Below are positions 14,436 to 28,108 of a stretch of 60,340 nt of DNA, piece after piece. The notes below the pieces were generated by a model, which worked only from the letters and a program-made list of their open reading frames with translations, did no database searches and was not told where the DNA came from. This DNA is from Girardia tigrina. Its lineage: Eukaryota. A program made the position numbers and the translations under genes. How positions within the stretch are numbered: the stretch's first letter is position 1; the number at the start of each line of letters is the position of its first letter. The stretch spans positions 1-60,340 of the forward strand of contig MQRK01233318.1 of NCBI GenBank assembly GCA_001938485.1, given 5' to 3'.

Positions 14436-15775
14436 CAGTCCCTGGTCAAATTATTAGACGCGCTCCTGTTTCTTTAATAATTTCTTGTTTTAAACGAGTT
14501 TTTATGCAGTACATTCACATGCAAATCTATCTAAATAGATTTTTATTCAGGAAATTTATTATATACTTTGTATTTGTCTTTATTTGACAGTGTCAAATTG
14601 ACACATCTGGTAACACTATGTGAATCAATTATTGCCGGAAAGGAAAAAAGACTGCTCCAATCGCTTTCGCGGGTGCTTCAGTTGCTGAGGTGTCTCTGTG
14701 GACTTATGTCCTGTGTTTGTTTATTTAACAGTTTTATATTACGCAGTTATTTGTTTATTTCGTATGCAGAACTTCCATAATCTGTTTGTGCGCTTTCATC
14801 ATGATAAAAAGAGGCCATCTTTCACCATGTAAAAAGGCTGAAGTAAAGGCTCTCGTTAATGTTAAAACACTTTCAAACAGCGAAATATCACGAAAATTGA
14901 AAGTTTCTGAGGCTAGTGTACGACGCATAAAGAATAAGAATGAATTCGAGAAAGAATTTAGCCTAAAACAAAAGACAAAATTAGACAGAAAGCCCATTTT
15001 CACTCAAATGCCAGAAAGGTCTTCTAAGAAAATTTGCCTGGAAGACAGATTTGCTACCACAAAAATGATAATAGATATAACTCCAAGATTTCAATATGAA
15101 TGCTTCTGAACGTGCTGGGCGAAGAAAATTAAAAGATTTTTATTTTAAAGCCTGCCGCCCCGCCAGGAAGCCCAACTTAACACTTGCAATGAAAACAAAG
15201 CACCTGAATTGGGCCAAACAGTGGCGTGATAAAGATGTGGACTTCTGGAGATAGGTAAGTTCTTATTATTTCTTCACAAATAACGCATTTAACCATTTTA
15301 TATGACGGTACAGAAAGACCAGCATAGATGTAAATTTTTTAATATTTTTGACAGGTTTGCTTCAGTGACGAAAGTACATTTGAAATTTTGCAGCACAAAA
15401 CTCAGTTTGTGCGTCGTCATGGAGAAAAGTGTCATCCTATCTGTGTTATTCAGACTGTGAAGCACCTTACAAAAGTGATAATTTGATTAGTCATTATCGG
15501 CAAGGGCACTGAACGTGGTTAAAGGAATGATGCGACAAGACCAATACAAACATGTCTTGCAAAGTCGGTTGATTTCACAACTCCAACATTGATTTCCAAA
15601 TAGGGAACCATTCATGTTCATGCAAGATGGAACTCCCTGCCATACAGCTCGGTCTATCAAAGCCTTTGTGACAGAAAAATACATCCCTTTATTGAATTGG
15701 CAGATAATAGCCCCGATTTGAACCCCATCGAAAACTTTTGGAAGTTGATGAAAAGAGAAGTCGCTCAAGATATTA
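14436..15775 (+). mobile_element. Tc1-like (Minos-like) transposon remnant whose transposase contains an intron
   Basis: TA|CAGTCCCTGGTCAAATTATTAG left end. HTH, then RPARKP-LT, W..|VCFSDES, FMQDGTPCH and SPDLNPIENFW. GT..AG intron at 15255-15354. Right end is missing. Confidence 0.85.
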
Positions 15776-16149
15776 AAAGATTTAATTAATTAGAAACGTA
15801 ACAAAGATATAACCATATAAACTTATAATTAATAAGATATCCGAAAATTTATAAAATTATGACAAAAATAAAAATATGCAAATAAAATATTTTTTCATTT
15901 ACTACTTAATTTGTAAATTAAGGGACAATCGCAATTTTTGCAAATAAATAAATAATTAAACATTTAGATATTAATTTTTTAATTCATTCATGCATTTTCA
16001 TCGGAATTATAAATTTCTTTTCAGAGTCANNNNNNNNNNNNNNNNNNNNNNNNNNNNNNNNNNNNNNNNNNNNNNNNNNNNNNNNNNNNNNNNNNNNNNN
16101 TTTAAAATTATAAATAATTAGATAATTGAACAACAAAAGACAAATATAT

Positions 16150-17200
16150 TTATTACAATACATAAAAAATAAAAATATTCAAGTTTAACTAAATAAAATC
16201 CTGTTTTGTAAGTGATAATAGAATAAATTTCCTCATATTTCTGTACCAACCTGTAAAATCCACATTTTGTTCTTTCTAAATTTCAATTATTTTTTTAATT
16301 CGTGCTCTTGTTATTGGTACTGACACGAAAGTGGCAAGTTTGCTTTTTAAAAGACTCCTCGATCGGATTTAATCGTAGTGAATACGGTGTTGTAAATTTA
16401 TGTAATATTTTTTTCTTGCAATAAACTGACTATATCTCGTCTATGATGAAATCGACAATTATCCATTATCAGAATATCATTGTGAAAAGATAGAAAAATG
16501 GAGCCAGTTTCGAATTGATAAATTCGATGAAAGTTGTTCCATTAAATGATCCATCTTTAATTTTATAACAAACCAAGGCTGTCTTTTTAATTGAAACTAT
16601 AAAACTAATATTATTTCCTGTACTAAGCTTAACTAGTTTATAGCATTTTGAATTTTTTGGCATGTAACCATAATTTCTTGTTACGTGTAAATTGACATCC
16701 GTTTCGTCCAAAAAAGTAAATTATCGTCATCAATATGTTCGATCGAACGAGCATAAATTTGTCTCATTTCTATATTTTTGCGTTGTTTCTTTCACCCTGA
16801 ATTGTAACGATCCTTTTTCATGTGAATTTCATTTCCTTTAGTGTTCTTCTAATGGCACTTTGACTTTTTAAAATACCATTCAAAGCCAGCTCACCCACAA
16901 GTTCTTTTTAGTTATAACTATTGTCTCTAAGCAAAAACTGAGATAGTTTGTTTTTAATTTCTGAAGAAGGGGTGATTTTTCTTCCTTTTTTGAACTTAAA
17001 ATTACTTCCTTGTTCATGTTATTGCTAATTTTTTTATTATATATGCAGTTTGCGATTTTTTCGTCGAATATTTTTTTTCCCATAAATTTACGTATTCTTT
17101 TAAGAATTTCATCGGTAATTGTTTGGCTCTTTTTTGGTTTTTCACTTGATCTCTTTCATTTAGGTCCAACAGATCGTCAAATTCATTATAGGTAATCATT
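16150..17200 (-). mobile_element. IS630/Tc1-superfamily transposase remnant
   Basis: Catalytic motifs LDET, IMDNCRFHH and PYSLRLNPIEE, with frameshifts. Confidence 0.8.
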
Positions 17201-18281
17201 ATTAAGAAATTAAAATTTTTATTAACAATTTGTTAAAATTTTGATTATTGAAACATATTAATTCTAACTATATTAATTAATAACTATATATAATTTTAAA
17301 TACATTAAAGAATAATTTTAAATATATCAATGAATAATTTTAAATATATTAATGAATAATTTAAAATATATTATTACATAATCCTGTAAAACAAAATATT
17401 TTATTATAATTAAATAAATAAATTAAAATATTAGTATAGTTAGTTCCCATTTCTGGGAAAAAAATTTGATATTTTGTCCCGTTTTATTTATTTTTTATTT
17501 TTTTTAAAATAATATTTTATTATAACGACTTATTAAATTAAACTTTTTTTAATACTTTTAATATTTTTTATCAAAAACACAAAATAATTTTTAAAATTAT
17601 AAATTGAAAATATACTAAAAGTTAATTATCTATTTACATTAAAAATTAATTTTTATTATTTAGGAATTTACTGTTGATTAATAAATTAAAACAAGATAAA
17701 GTTAATATGAAGTTTTTTTGTTTTATTCTTAATAACAAAAATAATAACTTGTAAATAAATCAGTGTGATGATAAAATTGAAATAAAAGCAAACTATTTTT
17801 TTTTACAAAATATAGATAATTTTTTTTAATGTTTGTCCCGATTACTATATATAAAATATATCTTATTTAATATTATAAATTTTGGATTTCAAAAATTGTC
17901 CCATTCAATTTGGTCGTCCCGTTAATTTATTTTTTGAATGGAATTTTATTCAGAGAAATGGCAACCTACAGTATTTTGTAATTGAATCTTTTAGTGTTTT
18001 TAAGTTATTGAAATTCAATCAGAATTGTAATTAATATTCTGTGTTTGACATCGACTCTCTTTGGGTTTTTAATGTTTACAAGTTATAACCCTGCTTCATC
18101 AATGGATGATTCTTTTAATGAGTTTCGGTTAAGAACAAGATACATGTCGTTAATTTTAATTAAATAATAAAATAGATTTTGTTTTATTTTTGTGATGTCA
18201 GAAAGGCAGTTCGCCCCTAAATGAGAATAGCTGCCCTATGTGAACTCCAATATGACGCAATCAACATCATACAGCCCGTGA

Positions 18282-18645
18282 GAAAAGATTTATAATACCG
18301 ATGTCAAGACACAAATCAATTAAAAAATTGACTATTTCAATGATTTATTATTTATAACTTGCAAAACATGCGAATGTCCCATAATTTATAAGTTAAATAG
18401 AAACATAACAAAGATATAACCAAATAAAGCTATAATTAATAAGAAATCCGAAAAAAATATCTACAATGAATAAACATTAAAAAATTCAAAAAGTTATAAA
18501 TAATATAAAATTTATTTCGTTTTCTATTGAACTTATAAATTAGGGGACAATCGCATTTTTTTGCAAAAAATGAATAACTAATCATTCAAATAGTAAATTT
18601 TTTAATTTATTCATGCATTTTCATCGGAATTATAAATCTCTTTTA
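18282..18645. mobile_element. Foldback/MITE with ~125-bp inverted arms
   Basis: 18282-18405 is the reverse complement of about 18520-18645. Single arms also occur at about 13788-13905 and 15900-16025. Confidence 0.65.
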
Positions 18646-20387
18646 AGAGTCAGACCAAACAGTTCGAGATTTCACGTGATCCCCCCCTAGTTGCAGCACA
18701 AAAAAACACATTAAAATGCCCATCTTAATCGACCAGTTATTTTTTTCACCCCAACTTGTTCAATCGATTTATGGATCTCAAATATCATATCCGAATCGAT
18801 TTCGTTCAAAAAAAATGAAATGATGAAAACTAAAATTCTTTTTAAAATAATAGAAAATTTTAATAATATTTATTTTTCCGAAAAAATACTTGATTCGAAT
18901 AAATAACGATGAAAGAGTAAATAGAATAACATAGCAAAACTTAAAATAACTTCGATTAAAAATTTTTTTACTTTTTGGTTATATTCAAAAAAAGTGCATT
19001 CGAAAGATTCAAATTCAAAAAAGTTCAAAAAAAAGAAATTTATCTTTTTAGTGCGTAAAGTTATTTAAATCCAATCAGAAATTTGATAAATATTTAATGT
19101 TTAATATAGACTCTCTTTGCGTTTTTAATGTTCATAACTCTGCTTTATCCGTGGATGATTCATTTGATGATATTCGGTTAAGAACGAAATTTGACGTAAA
19201 TTTTAATGAAATAATAATAAAATAATATAAATTAATATTTTTCATTTCAATGGGTCCAGAAAAAAAATTAATCGCCACACCAGACAGATTACACTCACTC
19301 ACAACCGTTCACCATCAAAATATCTCTAAAACTAACTCTTCTGACAACAGACTGTCAGTCGGCATCGTTAACACTCTGGAAACTAGAGACAACAAATAAA
19401 ACTAATCAAGAACACTTAAGAAAATGCTTCACTCTTTCTCAATTCTCTCACATCACAGATTTGATTGTTTTGGTTTCGGCGATACATCGTCTAAAATTGG
19501 AAAGAGAATTTTGTTTTAGAAAAAAAGAAAAATAATTATTGAAATTATAATTGACGTTTAAAATTTTCAAATTTCAATCGTATTTAAATTTCAAATTTGA
19601 ATAGTCATAACAACATATGTCGAAAATCAATGGAGTAATCGATAAATTATCGATCGTTGAATTAATTGCAATCAAACATTCATTTAAACACATTTTCACA
19701 ATTGTTTTTTTTATTTTATTTCCACTAAAACGGAATTTCTATATTTAATTGACGAAAAGAAAGTAAATTGATTTATCTTTCTTTTTATTTTCTTCTCGGA
19801 ATTATCGTTCGATGGGTTTTTTATGTCATGAATTCGTTTTTTTCTGGGGTTTTGACGTTTTTTACAATAAATTTTTGTAGTGGATAATTTGTAATTTTTT
19901 TTAATATTTTCTAAATTAAATTTTACGATTCCTTACTTTAATCAATTTTAACTTACGTTTATTACACTTTATTTTACGTAAATATATTTCAGTTCTGATC
20001 GATAACAATGTTTTTATTTGTTTCCAAAATTTCGAATGTTTTTCTTTGAAAAAATAAAATTATTTTAAAGGCCTGTTATACCAAAATTATTATTTTCGGT
20101 CAATTAACAAAACTTTACTTCGTTAGACTAAAATAAATCAAACTTATAAAATCATTAAATAAGACATTGATTCACAACCGGTGGTTCACGAAGTTAAAAA
20201 TGGTGTTTTGTTTCTTTTGGAGTTTAAATTATAACTGTTCCATCATTAAAATGCAACGGAAATCTGTTCATTCGTGAATATCACCCTAATCCAGGGTTTC
20301 CAAACGTTTCTATACTTAAGTGCCACTTTTTTATAAAACAAATGTAGCATGCCTCTAAATTTTCGATCCAATTCAATTTTATAAATA

Positions 20388-23300
20388 CAGTAGAACTTGG
20401 TTAATATCACTTGGGTTAATATCATCCTTTTTAATGTCACGGTTATTTTGTTTTTAAAATAATTAATATTATATTTTTTATACTTTATACTCGTTTAATA
20501 TCACCTCGGTTTATATCATTCTTCGGTTAATGTCATGATTTTTTTGATAAGATTGAGATTTTTATTCAGTTAATATGACATTCATTTTAAAAATTAATTA
20601 AATATTTGATAAAAGTTAAATATTTGTCGTGTTCCCCTCTCTCAACAACATTTTCGTGGACTCGGAGCGCCCATCCATTTTCTGAGTTCAATGGCAACTC
20701 TTACATACTGCTAACTCCTCTTGATAATTTCTTATTCTTTATGGGAACAGATGCACCTCCTCCGCGCGCATCAACAGGTTGTGTGGTCATCGGAGCGTCT
20801 TCGGGTTCGAACCAGTAACGGGTATTGCCCGACCGGTTGTCTCAGCTTCTGATAGGTTGATATTATTTTTTCACGACTATTTGGGAGAATTTAATGTTAA
20901 TTACATCGAATGAAGAGAGCCTCAAGGAAGTAAGCGACGATTGAACCACGTGCCCCTATGCATTCTGTGGTCGACCTGCGCCATCTCCAAAAAGTTCTTC
21001 ACCTTAGTCCGAGACTCGATTATTATTCATAATTTATATTTATTTCATAATTACACTTGATTGTATTTATATTTGATAGTATTTTATATTTAATCGTACT
21101 CGTTTATATCTTTATGAATTAGCAAATGAAGAGATTGGAACAACAATCAGTCTACTTTTATTTAACTACTGGCTTTACATCTACTTTAACGACTCTCTAA
21201 TCGAATACTGGCATTTTAGTTTGGCGAGCACTGAACTCATTCTCTACATGAAAGTCTTATCATTATCACTCGACTATCGCAGAACTCGGAATCATATTTC
21301 GTCTCACAGCAGGAGCTTAGTCATCGAAACAATGAAATTTTATTCATGAGAAATTTTCATATTCAAGATTATGTGGATAAGTATTAAGGTTTGNCAATTG
21401 TTTTACGATAAGTCATCAAATTGTAATTCATTTGTGGAGTAAATCTGTTTGATAAAATTTATAAGATAAAATTGAAATGTTTTTACAAGTGAATATTTTC
21501 GAAATCATTTATTTACACTATCCTCTAGCACTTTAACCTTGCTCTTCAAACTTCGTTATAACCTCACCATTATACACATTCGGATAGTACACGAAGGTCA
21601 AACGTCTCGAGTTGGAAAGTTATAAAATTTATAGAGATAAGTTAACTCCTGCTAGGAATGTAGAATTATTCAACTCTAATTAATTACCTCATAAAACTGG
21701 AAACATTATTTACAAATTTATTCCGAAATAAATGGAAAAATTTATTAAAATAACTTTATTCAAGAAATACAATAAAAGAAATCCATTAAAGAAATTTATG
21801 AAGATAGAGTTAAAGTTACTCGAACAAAAAATTTTTTACCTGCATTAAAACGAAATAATAATCAAGAGATAAAACGAACCATTAAGATCTCTATTATTAT
21901 CAGACCTCTTTATTAATTCAATCCATTCACTTATTTTATAAGAGGATTATTCTAATTTATTTCCCTAATCAACTTTTATAAACTATATACAAACATTTAC
22001 ATTGGTTATTGTAAATTATTTCATATTACGCATTATTACACGAGTCGTATCGCTAATTATATGATATAATAGTAGAGATCGTATCGTTATGAAAATTTCC
22101 CAGCAATCGTTAAAAGTTCAAATGTTATTTGTAACTCTTTCGTACTTTCCTGGTATCTACATAATGTACACGAACTCTTTTATAAATTGGTTATTAGATC
22201 ACCAATGTAGACTCGCATTTTCATTTATGCAATATTTATCAAACTATACACATTGGTAGCGTATCCTAAAAAAGCGACACGTCATCATGACCATCCCTAA
22301 ACCCATTTTCTTTTTCTATGCTTTAAGAAGTCGCAAAGGTACTAATATTTCATACTTTAACCAAGAAACTATTACTGTTATAATTGCTAATAAATCATTC
22401 GAGAATTGTCTGTACATAATTGGTTTACAATTATTTTTTTACAATTCTTAACAGAGGAATCGATAATATTATAGTTATTAACAAAGCATTTAAGATATAT
22501 TCATACGCAAATTATTTACAAATTTCGGTCAGTTTCATAGCATTGTACTCACCACGAACGACTTCCTTCTCTCCCTACTCACTAATCGCAATCACTCTTT
22601 ATCTACAATATTTACAAGTAATACTCTGCTTCCTACGCCACAACCTCTTTCGTACTCCCTGCCTCACGTTCAACTATCCCAACCATGCCTTGTCTCTCCA
22701 CGACCCTCTTGATTGCATTGAAACTTCGCTTCATTACTACTTTCTCAAATGTTGGAGTTAAGAATATTACCAAATACGAATAAGTAAACAACATCAAATT
22801 ATTCAAAACTGTATTAAGTTTATTAATATTTTTACTAACAGACGATAATATATTATGAGAAAAATAAAATTCGGTATAAATCGTAATAAAATTAACAAAT
22901 ACGACTAAATAGACAACATTAAGTTATTCAAGATGTATTAATTTCATTATAATGATTACAAAGAGACGATGAAATATTGATAGAAATAAAACTTAATAGG
23001 AACTAAAACAAAATCGAATGCTTCATACTTGTAGGTATATTAATGCGATTCAACTGTCACGTTCGGAAATATCTTTCGAAAATAATAATGAATACGAGAA
23101 TTGTTGTCGTCCTTTTACGTGCGCTTTTCTGGTGTGCAAAAATTTTTCCGAGTAAAGTGAAGTGTGTACGCGTGTGTGTCTGTGAAACCGTGGTAAAATG
23201 TGTCTGTAATAAACTATGTTAAAACGTATCAGTAGAAAACTGTGTGTTGTGTGCTGAGAGTCATCGGCATTTATACCGATTTTCTTACGGGTATCACTCG

Positions 23301-25742
23301 GGACGTTCGGGCATGTTTATTCTAGTTTGCTGATTGGCGGTTAACTGTGCATAACTAATTGAAAATGTTCGGGGTTTATCCGGTTTATGAAGCGAAATGT
23401 TACAATGTGGCGGTTGTTCGTAACATCTGTCACTGCAGGTTTATCCTTTATTTATCTTATCGTCGTTCTCATACTTGTTTATTTCAAGGAACATGGTATT
23501 CCGCGAAACAAATTCAGGATTTTACGTCTGGCCTGTCATTCTGTCACGACGATTTATGCCTGTTTAGCGCTGAACCATCTGCAGGCATTGTGGTTACCGT
23601 ACAACCGCTTATTAAGGTATGATAGTATTATGTGATATCTGGTTAATGGTTTATTTCGGAATCTACTGGTTATCTACTGCTGATTATTCGGAGACCACCG
23701 CGGTCGTTATAAATCATATGTCGCGACTGTTCGTGAATAGTGGATGTGCTGCTACTTCGCGTAATTGCAGATAATCAGATAAACAACTCGGTGATTTTCA
23801 GTTAGCCAGCGGATTTCGCGATTCCTGCCGCATCACCCCAAGTATTTTAATTAATTAATTTAAGACTTTCTAATTAAGCTTTTACTCCTTTAAGGGTTCT
23901 ATAAAGGCTCGTTACGGTGATGGGACGATATTTGCAATACCTGGCTCCGTCTAACATGATACCTATGGATCCTTGCGGTCTAAGGGGTTAGTTGTGTTAT
24001 ATGGGGCCCATCTAAACGTAATGGGGGATAGTTGAGCTAGACTATCCTCCTTTTCTTCGGTAATTTATAAAAGAGTTGCAACGTAACATATTAATTATAA
24101 TTTAAATTTCATTATATCAATTGGATTTTAACTGAATCATGCCAAGCCCTTCCCCTCAAATAAACAAAAGGAGATTGAGCCATAATTGAGCAAAAATACT
24201 TACGCAATGGAAATCAAACGTAAAAGAATTGACTTAACGATTAAAAAGAAACTTGAAATACTTGCTGCATGCATTAAAAAGTGTCCAAAAGCTTTTTAAT
24301 GTCGCTGCATCAACCGTAAGTAAAATACACAAGTGGCGTTCAAAACTTTTAAATGACAGTAAAAACGAAAATGCTTCAAGAATGAGACAAAGAGGAAGTA
24401 AGATTGATGATGAAGACACCGCACTGTTGGCTAGGTTTTAAAATGCAAGTGCGAATAACTTACCAATAAAGGATGAAATCTTGAAACTAAAAGTCGAACA
24501 ATTTGCAAAAAATTGGGATACGAAAATTTTGTTGTTAAGACCTATTTTATTGATAGATGGAAGAAAAGACATGAAATTGTCTATAAAAAATATTTTGGTG
24601 AAAAACTTGATGCAGATAAATCTAACGCTGAATTGTGGTTGGAAACATTAAGTCAAAATTTATTGAAAAAATATAAAGCAGTAGATATTTATAACGCGGA
24701 CGAAACCGCTTTATATTATAGAGCGCTGCCCAATGGCTCACATGTTTTAAAATCAAATGAATTGAACGGTCGTGAAGTGTCTAAAGAAAGATTTACCGTA
24801 CTTGTCTGTGTAAGTATGGCCAGAGAAAAGAGAAAAAAATTGTTTGTAATCGGGAAGTATAAAAATCCCCGCTGTTTTAATGGTATTAAAAAATTACCTA
24901 TCGAATATACTAGTAATAAGAATGCTTGGATGACGTCAGTTATTTTTGGAGAGTGGCTTTGTAAGTGGGATTGATAATTAATGCTGAAAAATCCTAAAAT
25001 TGCTCTGGTTGTTGATAATTACCCGGCTCATCCAAAAATTAAACTTGAGAATATCAAATGGGTTTTTCGGCCAAAAAAAACCACATCTATCATCTAAGCA
25101 TGTGACCAAGGAATTATCCAAGCTCTTAAACATAATTATTGTAGGATGTTAATAAGGAAATTGTTAGTTATGATTTAGTTGGACGAATAAAATTTAAGTG
25201 GATTAACATTAGCCAAGCAAATAAATATTTTTGAGGCTTTGAATTTAATCAAGGATTCTTGGTCCCTTATCACCACCACTACGATTATTAATTGTTTTAA
25301 AAAGGCTGGTTTTAGTTTAAATTGTGATATGAAGGCTGCAGAAGAGGATTTAAATATATCGCCCGAAGGGTTGGATTTTAATTTTGAAAGTTATGTTGAT
25401 GTTGACAAAAATGTCGGGTGTTTTGAAATATTGTATGATAAAGAAATTGTTGATTCGATAAAAAACAAAAAAACTAGGCATTGATGATTTGCAGCATGTT
25501 GAAAAAAAACTATTTAAATGAAAATAATGTGGATGACTGGAACTCTTATAATAGTTTGGAGTAGATTGTGGAAAAAATAATATTGAAAAAAAGTAAAAAA
25601 AGATAAACGAGTATATTAAAGTGATAATTAAATAGTTTTTTATTTATATTTTTTAAAAAAATAAATTCGGTTATTGTCACTTCTCGGTTAATATCATGAT
25701 TTTCAAATTTTCCATAAACATGATATTATCCGAGTTGAACTG
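20388..25742 (+). mobile_element. pogo/Tigger-type DNA transposon with a nested insertion
   Basis: TA-flanked TIRs CAGTAGAACTTGGTTAATATCA / TGATATTATCCGAGTTGAACTG, with subterminal GGTTAATATCA repeats. Frameshifted CENP-B/DDE_1 transposase at about 24205-25600 (IYNADETALY, KNAWMT, VVDNYPAHP, CDQGII). Confidence 0.92.
20625..24088. mobile_element. Candidate 3.46-kb solo LTR
   Basis: Begins TGTCGTGTT and ends AACGTAACA, with a 4-bp TATT duplication on both sides (20621-20624 and 24089-24092). It splits the pogo 5' region and has no recognisable TE ORF. Confidence 0.6.
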
Positions 25743-27086
25743 TACTCACTTGGTATTGTAATTTATTATACAGACTACAAAATTATATAACATATTATGT
25801 ATAAATAAATATACCGAAATATGCTGATTTATCTGTTTTTCGATATCGATTATATTTAACAAGTTTGATCAGGATTTGTGACTATCTCCTAAACATCCAT
25901 AGCGGTCGGAGATGTCTTTCTGTATTTTGGTGTTTTTATCTTTTATTTTGTTTTGATAGATCTGACCAAGCATGAGTGTAGATCGTCTAACGTAAAGTGG
26001 TGGACGTACAATCGAAACACCAAGGATGACCTTTTGTTTGTGTATAAAAATTCAGAAAAATCGATTTGAGCCAGTAAAAATTACAATTGTTTGGTTACCT
26101 TTCAGAAATCTAATTTTTGAGGAAAGTTTGTATTGTTGGATGTTTTGTTTGAATGTTGTGTATTGTTTCGGGGTTGTCTCTCTTACCCTGATAGCTGATT
26201 AATATTGTAATTCTGATAATATGAAACTGTTGCGATAGAGCCGTCAAATGAATTGTCCCGTACCTTTCGGCTTTGTTAGGAATAAAAAATGCTAGGAAAA
26301 TTTTTGAATGAATATTATATTAAATATGTACAAATAAAAATTTTTAAAATTAAATATGAAACGTTTGAAAAAATAAATTACTAAAATTAAGAAGATCTAA
26401 TTAAATTGCTAATAATAAAATTTTTTTGACAGTTTTATATATAATATAAAAAGTAAAATGTATGATTTTTATGTGGAACGATTTAAAAAAAAATTAATAA
26501 AATTAAATGAAACGATTAAATATTTTAAAATGTTATCGTAATTCAAAATTGATTTAAAAAAGTAATGAAAAAAGCAAATATGAATATTTATAAGTATTTT
26601 TATTTATATCGATTTAAGATTTATAAAACAAATTGTTTCTTTAAAAAAATAATAAGTTTGTTTAAATATTAGATTTAAATATTTTTTGTGTGGTATAATA
26701 AAAGTTTTGATGTCTAAAATAACTCATAGTAATAATTCCGACGATGTTCCAAGAACCTCTAATAGGCTTCATCTTTAATAAATCTCAAACGAACAAACAA
26801 AAGAACAAAATAAACAAATTCCTTCTAATACATATATTCGGGTTGTTGGGGAAATCTTTTGTCAATATTTTTATTTTTGTTTAATTTAATAAAGAATGTT
26901 GAGAATAACCATCATTTTTTGTTTATTTTATAATTTTAAATAAAAAATCATTATTTATTTACAAATTAAATAAAAACAATATATAAATATATATTTTAGA
27001 ATTAATAGTAACCATGGCCTAGAGGCCAAATTACAAAAAATTAAAAAATTTAAATGACTCATGAAGAGTCAAAGTTAAGTGTTGAT

Positions 27087-28108
27087 CAGTGCTGTAGTCG
27101 TAAAATTAGCATAGGGTATACGCTATTTTTAAGTAAAACCACTAGGTATACGCTATCTAAATTTTAATAGCAGAGGGTATACGGCGTATACCCCCGACGG
27201 GGGNNNNNNNNNNNNNNNNNNNNNNNNNNNNNNNNNNNNNNNNNNNNNNNNNNNNNNNNNNNNNNNNNNNNNNNNNNNNNNNNNNNNNNNNNNNNNNNNN
27301 NNNNNNNNNNNNNNNNNNNNNNNNNNNNNNNNNNNNNNNNNNNNNNNNNNNNNNNNNNNNNNNNNNNNNNNNNNNNNNNNNNNNNNNNNNNNNNNNNNNN
27401 NNNNNNNNNNNNNNNNNNNNNNNNNNNNNNNNNNNNNNNNNNNNNNNNNNNNNNNNNNNNNNNNNNNNNNNNNNNNNNNNNNNNNNNNNNNNNNNNNNNN
27501 NNNNNNNNNNNNNNNNNNNNNNNNNNNNNNNNNNNNNNNNNNNNNNNNNNNNNNNNNNNNNNNNNNNNNNNNNNNNNNNNNNNNNNNNNNNNNNNNNNNN
27601 NNNNNNNNNNNNNNNNNNNNNNNNNNNNNNNNNNNNNNNNNNNNNNNNNNNNNNNNNNNNNNNNNNNNNNNNNNNNNNNNNNNNNNNNNNNNNNNNNNNN
27701 NNNNNNNNNNNNNNNNNNNNNNNNNNNNNNNNNNNNNNNNNNNNNNNNNNNNNNNNNNNNNNNNNNNNNNNNNNNNNNNNNNNNNNNNNNNNNNNNNNNN
27801 NNNNNNNNNNNNNNNNNNNNNNNNNNNNNNNNNNNNNNNNNNNNNNNNNNNNNNNNNNNNNNNNNNNNNNNNNNNNNNNNNNNNNNNNNNNNNNNNNNNN
27901 NNNNNNNNNNNNNNNNNNNNNNNNNNNNNNNNNNNNNNNNNNNNNNNNNNNNNNNNNNNNNNNNNNNNNNNNNNNNNNNNNNNNNNNNNNNNACAAAATC
28001 ATAGGGTATACGCTATTTTTAAGTAAAACCACTAGGTATACGCTATCTAAATTTTAATAGCAGAGGGTATACGGCGTATACCCCCGTATACCCTCCACTA
28101 CAGCACTG
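27087..28108. mobile_element. hAT-type MITE spanning an assembly gap
   Basis: Perfect 12-bp TIR CAGTGCTGTAGT/ACTACAGCACTG, a perfect 8-bp TSD GTGTTGAT, and internal repeated GGTATAC motifs. Confidence 0.9.

Noticed and set aside
27157-28032. Long ORFs spanning N-gaps (also 4335-4685, 35606-36354, 50579-51122)
   Set aside because: Artefacts of translating N runs.
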